Positions 37,887 through 47,158 of a DNA stretch of 64,000 nt are shown here, one piece after another. Both the position numbers and the translations under genes were made by a program. The stretch lies in the sequence record MT811961.1, one strand, 5' to 3'. The stretch's first letter is position 1. Every line of letters begins with the position of its first letter. The notes beneath the pieces were generated by a model that saw only the letters and a program-made list of their open reading frames with translations, made no database searches and was not told the DNA's origin.

Positions 37887-39436
37887 TAAAACTCAAATAG
37901 AATAACCATAATTTTATAGTTAGATTTTATCTAGGTATATGATTATGAAAAGATTAGATTTCATCGCCAGAATTAAAGCTAAGTTTGGCGACATGTTTAC
38001 ATTCGAAAAAACGGTTTATGTCAATAACAAGACAAAGGTAATACTTACTTGCAAGGTCCATGGTGATAGGGAATACCTTCCTGGAAATATCCTTAGACCG
38101 GCGCATCGAGGCTGTCCTTTCTGCAATGGCATTAAAGACAGAGAAGCTTTTGTCAAAGAGGCCAAGGAAAAATACGGCGATGTTTATGACTATTCCAAAA
38201 TAGATTATAAAAACATCTCAACTGAAGTGACGGTGATCTGTAATAAACACGGTCCATTTCAGGCCATTCCGCTCAGACATCTCGAAGGCAAACGCTGTAT
38301 GGAGTGTTTCCGAGAAAGCAAGCGCCTTACATTCGATGAGTTTGAAAAACGCGCCGAAGAAATCCATGGCAAAAGTTATCTTTTTCTAGAGTCCTCTTGG
38401 ATTTCAGGAAGACACCATGTCAAAGCCGTATGTAAAAAACATGGAGAATTCGAAGCAAGGGCCAGTAGCATTCTGGCCGGCACCGGATGCAAAAAATGCT
38501 CCGATGAAAAACAGCGTCGGGCAGTCGAAGATGTTATTGAAGATATCAAAAAGATACACGGAGATCGATATTGCTTTTCTGAATTTGTCTACAAAGGCAA
38601 TAAAACAAAAGTTACTTTGATCTGTCCAGACCACGGGCGATTTGAAAAAACTCCAAATGACATACTTACAAATAAGGGCGGCTGTCCTACATGCAAAGAG
38701 TCAAAAGGCGAGCGACAAATCCGAATGTTTCTGGAGCGAAAAGAAATCTCCTTTGAGCGCGAATACCGAATAGAGGGTTTTAACTTTAGATGGGATTTCT
38801 ATCTGACTGACTTTGATATCTATGTCGAGTACCATGGTATTCAGCATTATAAACCTGTTGAGCGCTTTGGTGGTTTTGCAGCACATAGGGAGTGTGTCGT
38901 CCGCGACTTCGAAAAGAAGAAGATCGTAAAATCCCTAGGGGCCAAACAGATAACCATTTCGTGTTTGTCCGGTAAAGCCCCGGAAGAAATTCTCGAAACT
39001 CGGCTAAAAAGAATGAAACTAATCTGATTCTATTATGCTTTTACACGGCATAGTCCACTTAAAACCTACCTAATTGCGGGAACTGCTTATACGTAGTAAC
39101 TACTACTTTGTCCTGGAAACAGAGATAAATACCTCATCCAGTAATGGAGGCATGAGGAATAGTGAAAACGTTACTATCTTGCAGAATCGACGCAGCGAAG
39201 TCCCTAAGTCTATTGAGAGATATGGGATGAGTTCAGAGACTATCGAAAGCTTAACCCTTGTGGCGACATAAGGGGGACAATAGCCCAAGGCCAACATACC
39301 TTGGGGGAAGCGAGTAGAGTACAGCCAGCAAAAGGCGCTGGTGTCATTGTGACTTAAATGGAAACGGTAGGGCCTAGTCTAGACTCACGCAGTTTAACTA
39401 GGTATGATATAGTCCTGCACTATGGAGATAGTGTAG
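37887..39436 (+). mobile_element. Group I intron (IA-like, 1550 nt) in the vRNAP beta gene
   Basis: The exon ends in U (GAT) and the intron ends in G. Core elements: P AATTGCGGGAA (~39072), R GTTCAGAGACTA (39231), S ATGATATAGTCC (~39404), P3 CCTACC/GGTAGG, P9 GCACTAT-GGAG-ATAGTGT. Confidence 0.9.
37939..39027 (+). CDS. Intron-encoded homing endonuclease: four Cys/His repeats plus a Vsr/DUF559 (EDxHD-like) nuclease (362 aa)
   Basis: Four repeats F...(H/Y)G.Y.......V...CxxHG.........GCxxC, then SKGERQI...WDFYL...VEYHGIQHY. Confidence 0.85.
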   Translation: MIMKRLDFIARIKAKFGDMFTFEKTVYVNNKTKVILTCKVHGDREYLPGNILRPAHRGCPFCNGIKDREAFVKEAKEKYGDVYDYSKIDYKNISTEVTVICNKHGPFQAIPLRHLEGKRCMECFRESKRLTFDEFEKRAEEIHGKSYLFLESSWISGRHHVKAVCKKHGEFEARASSILAGTGCKKCSDEKQRRAVEDVIEDIKKIHGDRYCFSEFVYKGNKTKVTLICPDHGRFEKTPNDILTNKGGCPTCKESKGERQIRMFLERKEISFEREYRIEGFNFRWDFYLTDFDIYVEYHGIQHYKPVERFGGFAAHRECVVRDFEKKKIVKSLGAKQITISCLSGKAPEEILETRLKRMKLI

Positions 39437-42001
39437 GTGCCAATTCGTAAGACACATCCACATCGTGCGGCGTTGACTTCTTACTTTGGTAAGCTATTCA
39501 TTCAGCGCTCTGAGTTAGTTAAGTACAACTACTCGGCCTGGGTTGAAAAGAACATTCGTTCTGCTGGTCTGCTTTCAGACGATAGTCGTGTTCAAAACAT
39601 CCGCTTTGGTGAGAACCATATTCCGAAGAAGATTCAATTGCCACGTGCTTATACCGCTGTAATGCAAACCATTTCTGAATTCAAGTCAAAAGGTATTACG
39701 TATTACTTTGAATATGTCCATCGCGATGAGTTCTTTGGCGAGGGCGCAATCAAGAAATATGAAAAGAATGGTCATGTCCTAATCGGTAAGAACAAAGACT
39801 GGGCATTCACGATTGACATGAATGACGTCGTGCATCGACATCAACCTAAGAAGTCTGAACCGGTTGGTGACTTCATGGAAGCGATTGGTGGTGGATGGGG
39901 CAAACGTCCTCAGGAGTTCTCAGAGCTTAAGAACCTAAAAGGCAAGCGTGTACCTATCGGTATTCTTCTGGCGTACTCTATGTCCTTTACAAAGCTTCTG
40001 CGTAAGCTAAATGTAAAATACCGCAACGAACCATCTAACGTTCGCTCTACGGCAAAAGACAATGAGTTTACTATTACGTTTGCTGATTACCGCTATCACT
40101 TTACGTTCCCTAATAAGACAGCTGAATTCATCATTGCTGGCTTTACTGTGGCTGACGATATCCTCAAAGGCTTCAATGCGGGTGACCTAAACAAACGTGA
40201 TTCGTACACACCAATCTTCAAGTCACTTGGTCTTGGTAACTACCATCTGAACGAAATCGATTTAATCGAAGAACTTTTCGTCGACCCAATTACAAAAGAA
40301 GTATTGGAAGAGATGAAAGAACCAACAGACATTCTTGATCTGTATGTTCGTTGTTCTGAGCTGGTTACCAACGATGAGTTCCCAGATGAAACAGACCCTA
40401 ACTTCATGCGTGAGCGTCGACTAGAGCGTATCCCTGGATTCGTTTATTCGGCAATGGCTAAGGCAGTACGTGAACAACGTAACAAACCTAACCCTTCATT
40501 ACATCCGGTTTATGTTGGCCCTCGTGACGTCTGGACAGCGGTTACTTCTGACAGTACTTGTCAGCTAGTTAAAGAACTAAACCCTGTTCACACTCTTAAA
40601 CAACTAGAAGCGGTTTCACTATCTGGTGAAGGTGGCCGTGCGGCAGAAACTCTGGTTAAGTCTTCTCGTGTTTTCCACAAAGAAGATGTTGGTCGTTTCT
40701 CGGCAGATACACCTGACTCGGGTAAAGTAGGTATCCGTACCTTTGCTCCGCCTAATACGAAGATCCGCAACCAACGTGGCATGCATGGTTCATTCGACTT
40801 TGAACGTGATGGTGCTACATCTGTATTGTCGACAACTGGTCTATTGCTACCTGCGATGCACCACGATGACGCTAAGCGTCAGAACCTTGGCTCAGTTCAG
40901 ATGTCAGCATTTACTCCTGCTATTGGCTACGATGTAATGCCATGTCGCACTGGCTACGATGCAGTTGTTGCATCTCGTCTCGGTTCACTATATGTTGTTA
41001 AGGCGGAACAGGAAGGTAAGATTGCGAAGATCGATGATCGTTACATGAAACTAGAATACAAAGACGGTTCTACGAAAGGTTTTGAGATTGGCATTATCCA
41101 CGGCAAGGCCGAAGGTAAATCTATTCCTCATCACTTCGAAACTGATTTGAAAGCTGGCGATACATTTGTAGCCGGTGACATTCTTGCATGGAACGTTGGC
41201 TTCTTTGAGCGTGACTTCTTTAGTCCTCGTAACGTAGTTATGAAGACTGGTGCAATGTTCCGCACGGCACTAATGGAAAACAATGATACCCTAGAAGATG
41301 GTTCTCGCATCGGCCCACGTGTTACTAAGAAACTTAGTACATGGACTTCAAAAGAAAAAGGTCTTTTGATTCGTGCAGATCAATCAGTCGAAGGTTTGTT
41401 AGAAGTTGGTACTGATGTAGAAGACGATACGATTCTTTGTCGTATTCTTGAAGGCGGTACAGAAGGCATTGCTAATACAGATGCTTCTCTTGCTGCTCTT
41501 GATAAACTAGTTGGCTCTAACCCAACTGCTGGTAAGCAAGGCAAGATTACACGAATCGAAGTTGTTTACAATGGTAAGCTTGAAGACTTCAGTCCTAGTC
41601 TACGCACAATCATTGAAGCCGATAACAAACGACGTGCAAAACATGCTCGTGAAATGGGTGGACGTATCGCCAAGACCGGACAGATCTCTCGTGCTACTTT
41701 CGTAAGTGGTGAGAAAGTAATCGAAGGTACGATGGTAATCTCTATCTTTATCGATAGTCTACTACCCCACTCTATCGGCGATAAGCACGCCATGGGCAAC
41801 CAGCTTAAGTCTGTTCCTGGTGGTACACTAGATGGTGTAAACCAAACAGAGGATGGAAAAGAGCTGGATGTTATCTTTGGTTATCGCTCAGTAAACGACC
41901 GTATTGTAGGTTCTCCTATTAAACAAGGTACGGTTAATACGACGATGATTCGAGTTACCGAAATGGCCATGGACATTCTTGTCAACGGACCAAAGAAGTA
42001 A
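39437..42001 (+). CDS. Virion RNA polymerase beta subunit, exon 2 (854 codons)
   Basis: Beta motifs DTPDSGKVG (ETPEG-like), HDDAKRQNLGSVQM (HDDANR-like), NDTLEDG, GDKHAMGNQLKSV (GDK-like) and LDVIFG...NDRIV. Spliced product is 1315 aa. Confidence 0.9.
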   Translation: MPIRKTHPHRAALTSYFGKLFIQRSELVKYNYSAWVEKNIRSAGLLSDDSRVQNIRFGENHIPKKIQLPRAYTAVMQTISEFKSKGITYYFEYVHRDEFFGEGAIKKYEKNGHVLIGKNKDWAFTIDMNDVVHRHQPKKSEPVGDFMEAIGGGWGKRPQEFSELKNLKGKRVPIGILLAYSMSFTKLLRKLNVKYRNEPSNVRSTAKDNEFTITFADYRYHFTFPNKTAEFIIAGFTVADDILKGFNAGDLNKRDSYTPIFKSLGLGNYHLNEIDLIEELFVDPITKEVLEEMKEPTDILDLYVRCSELVTNDEFPDETDPNFMRERRLERIPGFVYSAMAKAVREQRNKPNPSLHPVYVGPRDVWTAVTSDSTCQLVKELNPVHTLKQLEAVSLSGEGGRAAETLVKSSRVFHKEDVGRFSADTPDSGKVGIRTFAPPNTKIRNQRGMHGSFDFERDGATSVLSTTGLLLPAMHHDDAKRQNLGSVQMSAFTPAIGYDVMPCRTGYDAVVASRLGSLYVVKAEQEGKIAKIDDRYMKLEYKDGSTKGFEIGIIHGKAEGKSIPHHFETDLKAGDTFVAGDILAWNVGFFERDFFSPRNVVMKTGAMFRTALMENNDTLEDGSRIGPRVTKKLSTWTSKEKGLLIRADQSVEGLLEVGTDVEDDTILCRILEGGTEGIANTDASLAALDKLVGSNPTAGKQGKITRIEVVYNGKLEDFSPSLRTIIEADNKRRAKHAREMGGRIAKTGQISRATFVSGEKVIEGTMVISIFIDSLLPHSIGDKHAMGNQLKSVPGGTLDGVNQTEDGKELDVIFGYRSVNDRIVGSPIKQGTVNTTMIRVTEMAMDILVNGPKK

Positions 42002-42019
42002 AAGCAGCACAAATAGGAT

Positions 42020-42038
42020 AGGGCGTGCGCGCCCTTTT
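42020..42038 (+). terminator. Short terminator after the RNAP genes
   Basis: AGGGCG-TGCG-CGCCCT followed by TTT. Confidence 0.55.
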
Positions 42039-42099
42039 CTATAAATCAGCGTCCTAGCCAAAAGCGCATTGGCAAAAGAAGGACAAACTGGAGTTTAAC

Positions 42100-42285
42100 A
42101 TGTTAACAGATCAAATAAGAAAACAAAATGCAACAGTTGCTGTTGCAGCTATTGATCTTGTATGCCAGACCATGAAGACAATGGAAGGTGGCTATCTTGG
42201 CAAGATCGATATGGACTCTGTAGCACAAATTGCTGCTGCGGAATACAACCAAGAACTTATTAACCGGAGAGAACATAATGCTTAA
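42100..42285 (+). CDS. Small hypothetical protein (61 aa)
   Basis: GGAG SD; 8-nt ATGCTTAA overlap with the next gene. Confidence 0.55.
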   Translation: MLTDQIRKQNATVAVAAIDLVCQTMKTMEGGYLGKIDMDSVAQIAAAEYNQELINRREHNA

Positions 42286-43774
42286 TTCACATAGTACTGC
42301 CCAAGGCATGGTAGTTGCAGGCAATGCTAGTGCACGCGGCTTGGTTCTTTCTCCAATCCCTGCATCTCCACTTGCGGCTATTGTGACTACGTTGAGTGGC
42401 ACTACAGAAGCAGAATTTCGAAACAAAGGCGCTGATGCAATTATCAGTGCATCTGCACCGCATGCGTTAAATCCACACGACCACGGCGAAGAAGTAGCAG
42501 TACTTGCGCATAACTTGAAAAATGTTCTTGAGCGTAAAACTCTACGTCTTATCCAAGAAGAGATCAATCCGCTTGTTCGTGAAATTCGTAGCGAGATTAC
42601 TCGTGCGCGCATCGAGATTGCAGAAGAAAATGCTTTGGGTCTTGGCGTTCAATTGCATCGCCTACCAAATGTTTACTCTAGCTCTTACTTGGAGCAAGCA
42701 GTTAAGAACCCTAGTCTACGCGAACAGCGTAAAAAGTCTATCGGTAACAGCCTGCTTCGTAAACTTATTTCTGACCTTACACTTCCTCAGCTAATCGAGA
42801 CAATGAAAACTCCTTCTACTGAAATCAACACAGAGCTTGCTGCTCTTGTAACGAAATCGAACGAAGGTTACGTTGGTAACGAAAAGAGCTATGTTGAAAC
42901 TGGCTTTGAAGTTAGCGGTGCTATCTTCCTAGAGCCTAAACGCATTGGTCTCATGTCTGCTTACCTTGAGCATAGTGATCTATTGACGTTCATGTTCTTG
43001 CGTGGTGTTCGTGCTGGTAATCATCCTCTTGTATCTCCTGATGCATTGGATGCAAACGAACGCGTTGAACTAGCTGGTGCTATTTCTTCTTACCAATGGG
43101 CTGTTAATCAGCGCATGGATTACCTTGCTCGTGAAGCAAAAAGCGAACGTGTGTTTATCGGTACGGAAGGTAAGACAACAGTTCACGCCGACGAAGCACG
43201 CTACATGAAATGGATTGAAGTAGAAGAGAATACAAAAGAACTTGTTCTTGGTGCTCTTGTAAATTATGGTTCGACTGCTACCAACATTCTTAACAGCGAA
43301 ATCAAAGACCGTAAAGAACTAGTTGATCGCTACAACTTTGCACTGAAGAAAGCATCAGTTATCTCTCGTACTGTTTCTGAATCTCAAATCGAACGCATTA
43401 CAGAAAGCGCGATTGTTCGCCATCTGAATACCGAAGCAGAACGTTCAGAGACAGCGAAAGAATCTCTGCGTGATGATGTTGCTGCGGTACGCGAATACTT
43501 CAACTGTACTCGCAAAGACCAATTGACTTCCGATGCGGCATTTGTAACTCGTGCAGTTTGCAAGACGATCGGTCGTGGTCTTGATGCTGAAGTAGTTATT
43601 ACTGAAATGCAAAACTACCTAGAACGAGATGGCAATGAAGATGCTTCTTTACAGAAAGCACTTGAGTTTGGTATTGCTCGTTTACTTGCTCGTTTTATGG
43701 CGAAGCAAACACTTACCCAACCGTTTAACAGTGGTGCTGGTTTGAACGCTCCTACTGTCGCTACAGCGGGTTAA
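42278..43774 (+). CDS. Probable virion head structural protein (498 aa; gp177-like by position)
   Basis: ATG 42278 has a GGAG SD. The protein is helical and lies between the vRNAP beta and protease genes. Confidence 0.6.
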   Translation: MLNSHSTAQGMVVAGNASARGLVLSPIPASPLAAIVTTLSGTTEAEFRNKGADAIISASAPHALNPHDHGEEVAVLAHNLKNVLERKTLRLIQEEINPLVREIRSEITRARIEIAEENALGLGVQLHRLPNVYSSSYLEQAVKNPSLREQRKKSIGNSLLRKLISDLTLPQLIETMKTPSTEINTELAALVTKSNEGYVGNEKSYVETGFEVSGAIFLEPKRIGLMSAYLEHSDLLTFMFLRGVRAGNHPLVSPDALDANERVELAGAISSYQWAVNQRMDYLAREAKSERVFIGTEGKTTVHADEARYMKWIEVEENTKELVLGALVNYGSTATNILNSEIKDRKELVDRYNFALKKASVISRTVSESQIERITESAIVRHLNTEAERSETAKESLRDDVAAVREYFNCTRKDQLTSDAAFVTRAVCKTIGRGLDAEVVITEMQNYLERDGNEDASLQKALEFGIARLLARFMAKQTLTQPFNSGAGLNAPTVATAG

Positions 43775-43780
43775 CAAAGG

Positions 43781-43817
43781 ATGCGACTGGGGTAAACCTG
43801 GTCGCATTTTTCCTTTT
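43781..43817 (+). terminator. Rho-independent terminator
   Basis: ATGCGACTGGG-GTAAA-CCTGGTCGCAT followed by a T-rich tract. Confidence 0.7.
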
Positions 43818-43829
43818 AAGGATTTATCG

Positions 43830-44558
43830 ATGGAATTTGATCGCAAGAAAAGAAATCGCGATAAAGTCATAGCGGCGATTCATGAAGAAAGCAAGTACAA
43901 CAAATGGATTGCCAAAGAAAAGATCAGAATTCTTTTTCCCAAGCGTTATCTTGGCGGTAAGCTTGGTAACCTAGATGAACGCTTCAATACGGTAGCTATC
44001 TTTGTTGTTGTACTAGAAGACGGCTCATGGGACGTATGTTCTATCTGTTCAATCATACCTTTAACACCGGCAGGTTCAACAATCGTCAAAATCAATCAAG
44101 TCGACTACTATGAACTCACTTGGGAAAAAGGCGATGTGATTTGTCCAAACTTGAATCTCGTCCAGCGCTCTTCATTGGCGTTTGAGATTTACGATGAGTT
44201 CGTTACGAAAAACCGAATTCCTCCTTATATGGACAATATCGATCAATGTAAGCTACTTGATACAATCAAAGAGTTTACTGGCGTTGACCTACAAACAAAC
44301 TATTCTCTTCTTCGTATCTATAATGCAACCACAACTCGTGCTACGCAGGATAGAACTCAACCGGCTCGTGAACTATATAAGAAGCAAAGTGATTTCCATG
44401 CAATGGATGTAGATCGCATTGCATTGCGTTCTGTTGCCTATGTTGCCGATAACACGACTACGCGTCTGCTTGGTTCTTATCTGGCACAGGGCTTCAACTC
44501 TGCCTTAGTTAACCCGTCGGAAAACATCGAAGAAGTAGAGCAAATACTTATCTCATAG
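43830..44558 (+). CDS. Conserved phiKZ-like protein (242 aa; gp176-like by position)
   Basis: Clean ORF immediately upstream of the prohead protease. Confidence 0.55.
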   Translation: MEFDRKKRNRDKVIAAIHEESKYNKWIAKEKIRILFPKRYLGGKLGNLDERFNTVAIFVVVLEDGSWDVCSICSIIPLTPAGSTIVKINQVDYYELTWEKGDVICPNLNLVQRSSLAFEIYDEFVTKNRIPPYMDNIDQCKLLDTIKEFTGVDLQTNYSLLRIYNATTTRATQDRTQPARELYKKQSDFHAMDVDRIALRSVAYVADNTTTRLLGSYLAQGFNSALVNPSENIEEVEQILIS

Positions 44559-44566
44559 AGGTTGGC

Positions 44567-45388
44567 ATGGATAATATTGCATACTTCGGAAGTGACGTAC
44601 TAAATGTACAACAAGCTTCGGAACTACAGACGGACAGCAAGGGTTATCGCTTAGTAACTCTTAGTGCGTTTAACTACTCGAACCGCGGTGACGGTCGAGC
44701 TTATTACAAATTCACTCGTGAGCTAGAAAACTTATTCAAAGCTTCATCTCAGTTAATGACGCGTGCACATGAACGTAACCTTTATGGCGAATGGGGTCAT
44801 CCTACCCTACAGCCAGGTGAATCGATTCAGTCTTTCTGTAACCGTTTTCGTACGGTTACTGAGAAGCACATGTCACATCACATCAAAGACATTGTACTGA
44901 AACACGCAAAAGACCACGAAGGCAATGACGTTGTTTTAGCGATGGGCTGGGTTAAACCTTTTGGTCCTTATGCTAGTTGCCTAGAGTCTGCTTTTGGCAA
45001 TGACGAACAAAACTGTTCGTTCTCTATTCGTTCTGCCTCTAAGCGCCACGAGCGCACAGGACCAGATGGCAATCTACGACTAGAGAAAGAGATCCACACG
45101 ATCTTTACATGGGACTACGTTAACTTACCTGGTGTTGACCTTTGCACGAAATACAATACTCCTGCTCACTTCGACACAGAAGGCTTTGTTGACAATGCTG
45201 GTATGGATTCTCTACTTGAGCTTGAGTTCTCTTTGGAAGACCTGAATACAGCAGCGGCTGTAGCAGATCATCTATCTAGCCTAACTGGTATCGAAGACTC
45301 TAAAGCCGTGTCAACTACCATGATCAAAGATGAGCTTGGTTGGAACAAAGTAGAAGTATTAAATCTACATGCGACGGATCTCTTCTAA
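44567..45388 (+). CDS. Prohead (head maturation) serine protease (273 aa; phiKZ gp175-like)
   Basis: LYGEWGHP (catalytic His), CSFSIRS (catalytic Ser) and TWDYVNLPG motifs of T4 gp21/phiKZ gp175-type proteases. Confidence 0.88.
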   Translation: MDNIAYFGSDVLNVQQASELQTDSKGYRLVTLSAFNYSNRGDGRAYYKFTRELENLFKASSQLMTRAHERNLYGEWGHPTLQPGESIQSFCNRFRTVTEKHMSHHIKDIVLKHAKDHEGNDVVLAMGWVKPFGPYASCLESAFGNDEQNCSFSIRSASKRHERTGPDGNLRLEKEIHTIFTWDYVNLPGVDLCTKYNTPAHFDTEGFVDNAGMDSLLELEFSLEDLNTAAAVADHLSSLTGIEDSKAVSTTMIKDELGWNKVEVLNLHATDLF

Positions 45389-45654
45389 TGACACACCTTG
45401 TGACACGATGTCGCTATCTTAAAAAATTAAGTACCGCAAAAGATTGCGAAGTATTTTTGCAGCGAGCTAATTCCATAAGGTCCCTGGACCTTATTGCTGA
45501 AAACGTACTGCGTACTAACAACGTCAAGGTCGACCTAACCAACTGGGAAACAGCACGTAACTCTGCACAAGAACAGGACCTACCTGAAATCGTACAGATC
45601 TTTATTCATGCTGCTGGTAACCGCTGGTTAAAGCTGGCAACAAAACAACGATAA
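45388..45654 (+). CDS. Hypothetical protein (88 aa)
   Basis: The ATG overlaps the protease stop (TAATG). Confidence 0.55.
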   Translation: MTHLVTRCRYLKKLSTAKDCEVFLQRANSIRSLDLIAENVLRTNNVKVDLTNWETARNSAQEQDLPEIVQIFIHAAGNRWLKLATKQR

Positions 45655-45655
45655 A

Positions 45656-45688
45656 AGATACGGGGTTTCGGCCCCGTATCTTATTTTT
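45656..45688 (+). terminator. Rho-independent terminator
   Basis: AGATACGGGGT-TTCG-GCCCCGTATCT followed by ATTTTT. Confidence 0.8.
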
Positions 45689-45703
45689 CAAAAGTTTTTC
45701 ATT

Positions 45704-45720
45704 TCTATATAACTGAAGTG
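45704..45720 (+). promoter_or_regulatory. Candidate early promoter (TATATAAC variant)
   Basis: TCTATATAACTGAAGTG aligns with the motifs at 23084 and 60221 and lies just after a terminator. Confidence 0.45.
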
Positions 45721-45803
45721 CATAGGGTTGTTAAACTCTAATTGTTGATATTTACACGCATGCTGAATAGTGTGCAACTAACCATTTATTAAAAGGAATA
45801 CAC

Positions 45804-46232
45804 ATGTCTTCTAAATTCGATATGATCAACACCATGGCTGAAACTGTACAAAAGAACGTGAAGCTTACTGGCAACCACGTTAGCGGTGACAAATCAGTAA
45901 TGGAGTCGGTTCTACCAGAAGGCCTATCAATGGCTACTCTGGAACAAGCAGAAGAGTTTGTGGCTGACTTTGGTGCAGCGTCTCTTATTGCATCTGCACG
46001 TGTTATGGCAGAAAACAATCTAGACCACATCACTACGCACTTTGAAACTACTCGCGGTTCTATTGAACATACGGTAGACAAAGAAATTGAAATTGCCGGT
46101 GAAACCAAACAAGGTTATGCAGTAACAGCATTCAACATTGTAACACATGGCAAAGACGACGTTCTATCTTACGCTACTGACCTAGTAGCAGGCATGGACT
46201 TCGGTACAGGCGATCTGGAAGCAGACGCTTAA
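45804..46232 (+). CDS. Acidic hypothetical protein (142 aa)
   Basis: AAGGA SD; first gene after the candidate early promoter. Confidence 0.7.
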   Translation: MSSKFDMINTMAETVQKNVKLTGNHVSGDKSVMESVLPEGLSMATLEQAEEFVADFGAASLIASARVMAENNLDHITTHFETTRGSIEHTVDKEIEIAGETKQGYAVTAFNIVTHGKDDVLSYATDLVAGMDFGTGDLEADA

Positions 46233-46273
46233 TCAACCCCTCTATCACACACCCTTAATCTGGAGATTTTATT

Positions 46274-46594
46274 ATGACTACTCTTTATGGTCGTGGCCGT
46301 CGTACTTTTGGTGATCGTCGTCGTTCAGCACCTCGTGATGAACATCGCAATGGTCCTCGCATTGTTCATAAGCAACCTAAACAAGATCCTAATGTTGATC
46401 GTGTTCTTGTTGGTATGCTTGCAGAACTTTGCAAGAATTCTTTCAAACTAGCTGAGTTAGGTAAGCGTTGGCCTGGTCGTGTTAAACGCGAAAAGATTCC
46501 TGCCAACACTGGCCGTGCCACTGTCATTACAGTGCGGGCACAAATCGAAGCGCAGAAAGTTGAACTTGCCAAATATGCGGGACTGCTAGCATAA
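46274..46594 (+). CDS. Basic protein with an Arg-rich N-terminus (106 aa)
   Basis: GGAG SD; N-terminus GRGRRTFGDRRRSAPR. Confidence 0.7.
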   Translation: MTTLYGRGRRTFGDRRRSAPRDEHRNGPRIVHKQPKQDPNVDRVLVGMLAELCKNSFKLAELGKRWPGRVKREKIPANTGRATVITVRAQIEAQKVELAKYAGLLA

Positions 46595-46683
46595 TGGAAG
46601 ATCAAGATTACGAATGCGATCCAAACACGGCGTTTGAAGATCCAGAGGAATCAGACTACGAAGACGGCATGTTTGCCGACTAA
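46594..46683 (+). CDS. Candidate 29-aa acidic micro-protein
   Basis: MEDQDYECDPNTAFEDPEESDYEDGMFAD; TAATG overlap with the upstream stop; below the ORF-track size cutoff. Confidence 0.5.
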   Translation: MEDQDYECDPNTAFEDPEESDYEDGMFAD

Positions 46684-46695
46684 GTCTTAATAACA

Positions 46696-47117
46696 AGAGG
46701 TCATAATTTATGGCCTCTGATTATTACGATTTAAGAGACACAGTTATCCAATGTTGTTAGAAACGATATGTGTAACTGAGATGTGCGGGCATCTTCAACT
46801 TGGCGGAATGTCATGATTGAACCACAGCCTCTGGAAATAAGTCTCCACCCGCTAACTGTGTCTCTTTACCCAATTACCAAATGGTAATACCGCGCAACAG
46901 CGCACTTTCCAATTAACTTCTGGATTACATTACAGAAGCAACTTAGCATCTAATGTGTGCATGCCACCTTGTCTCTGGCGGGTGGCTCAATTTCTCTTCA
47001 GGAAGCGTCCTAGCGTGTAGTTCGTTTCTACAAGGGTCATTGACCTCACAAAAGCTATGAAACGTGTGAGTGCTCACCTCCTTTGGGGGTGAGCCTATCT
47101 CGTTCCTTTTTATTTTT
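46696..47117 (+). ncRNA. Candidate structured non-coding RNA of unknown class (~420 nt)
   Basis: No ORF of 60 aa or more. Contains a perfect 14-bp long-range stem (46733-46746/46853-46866), several further hairpins and a possible pseudoknot, and ends in a terminator. The strand is inferred from flanking genes and the terminator. Confidence 0.45.
47072..47117 (+). terminator. Rho-independent terminator
   Basis: GCTCACCTCC-TTT-GGGGGTGAGC followed by a T-rich tract. Confidence 0.7.
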
Positions 47118-47158
47118 AACCTTTGGTAGAGAACCTACCATTGAATGGAGAACCCATT

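Noticed and set aside
8284-37920. Recurring A(A/C)TTTATAGT motif (8284, 34962, 35952, 37910) as a promoter for the homing endonucleases
   Set aside because: The two intron-5' copies are explained by P1/IGS pairing with the exon ends, and the 35952 copy is coding sequence. A dual promoter role is unsupported without TSS data.
36504-42001. Two separate RNAP beta genes (461 aa and 854 aa with a GTG start)
   Set aside because: A group I core lies between them, the GTG has no convincing SD, and the halves join in frame (QKVD|VPIRK).
46696-47117. tRNA, tmRNA or known riboswitch
   Set aside because: I found no cloverleaf, GTTCRA T-loop with acceptor stem/CCA, or tag reading frame; kept only as an unknown ncRNA candidate.
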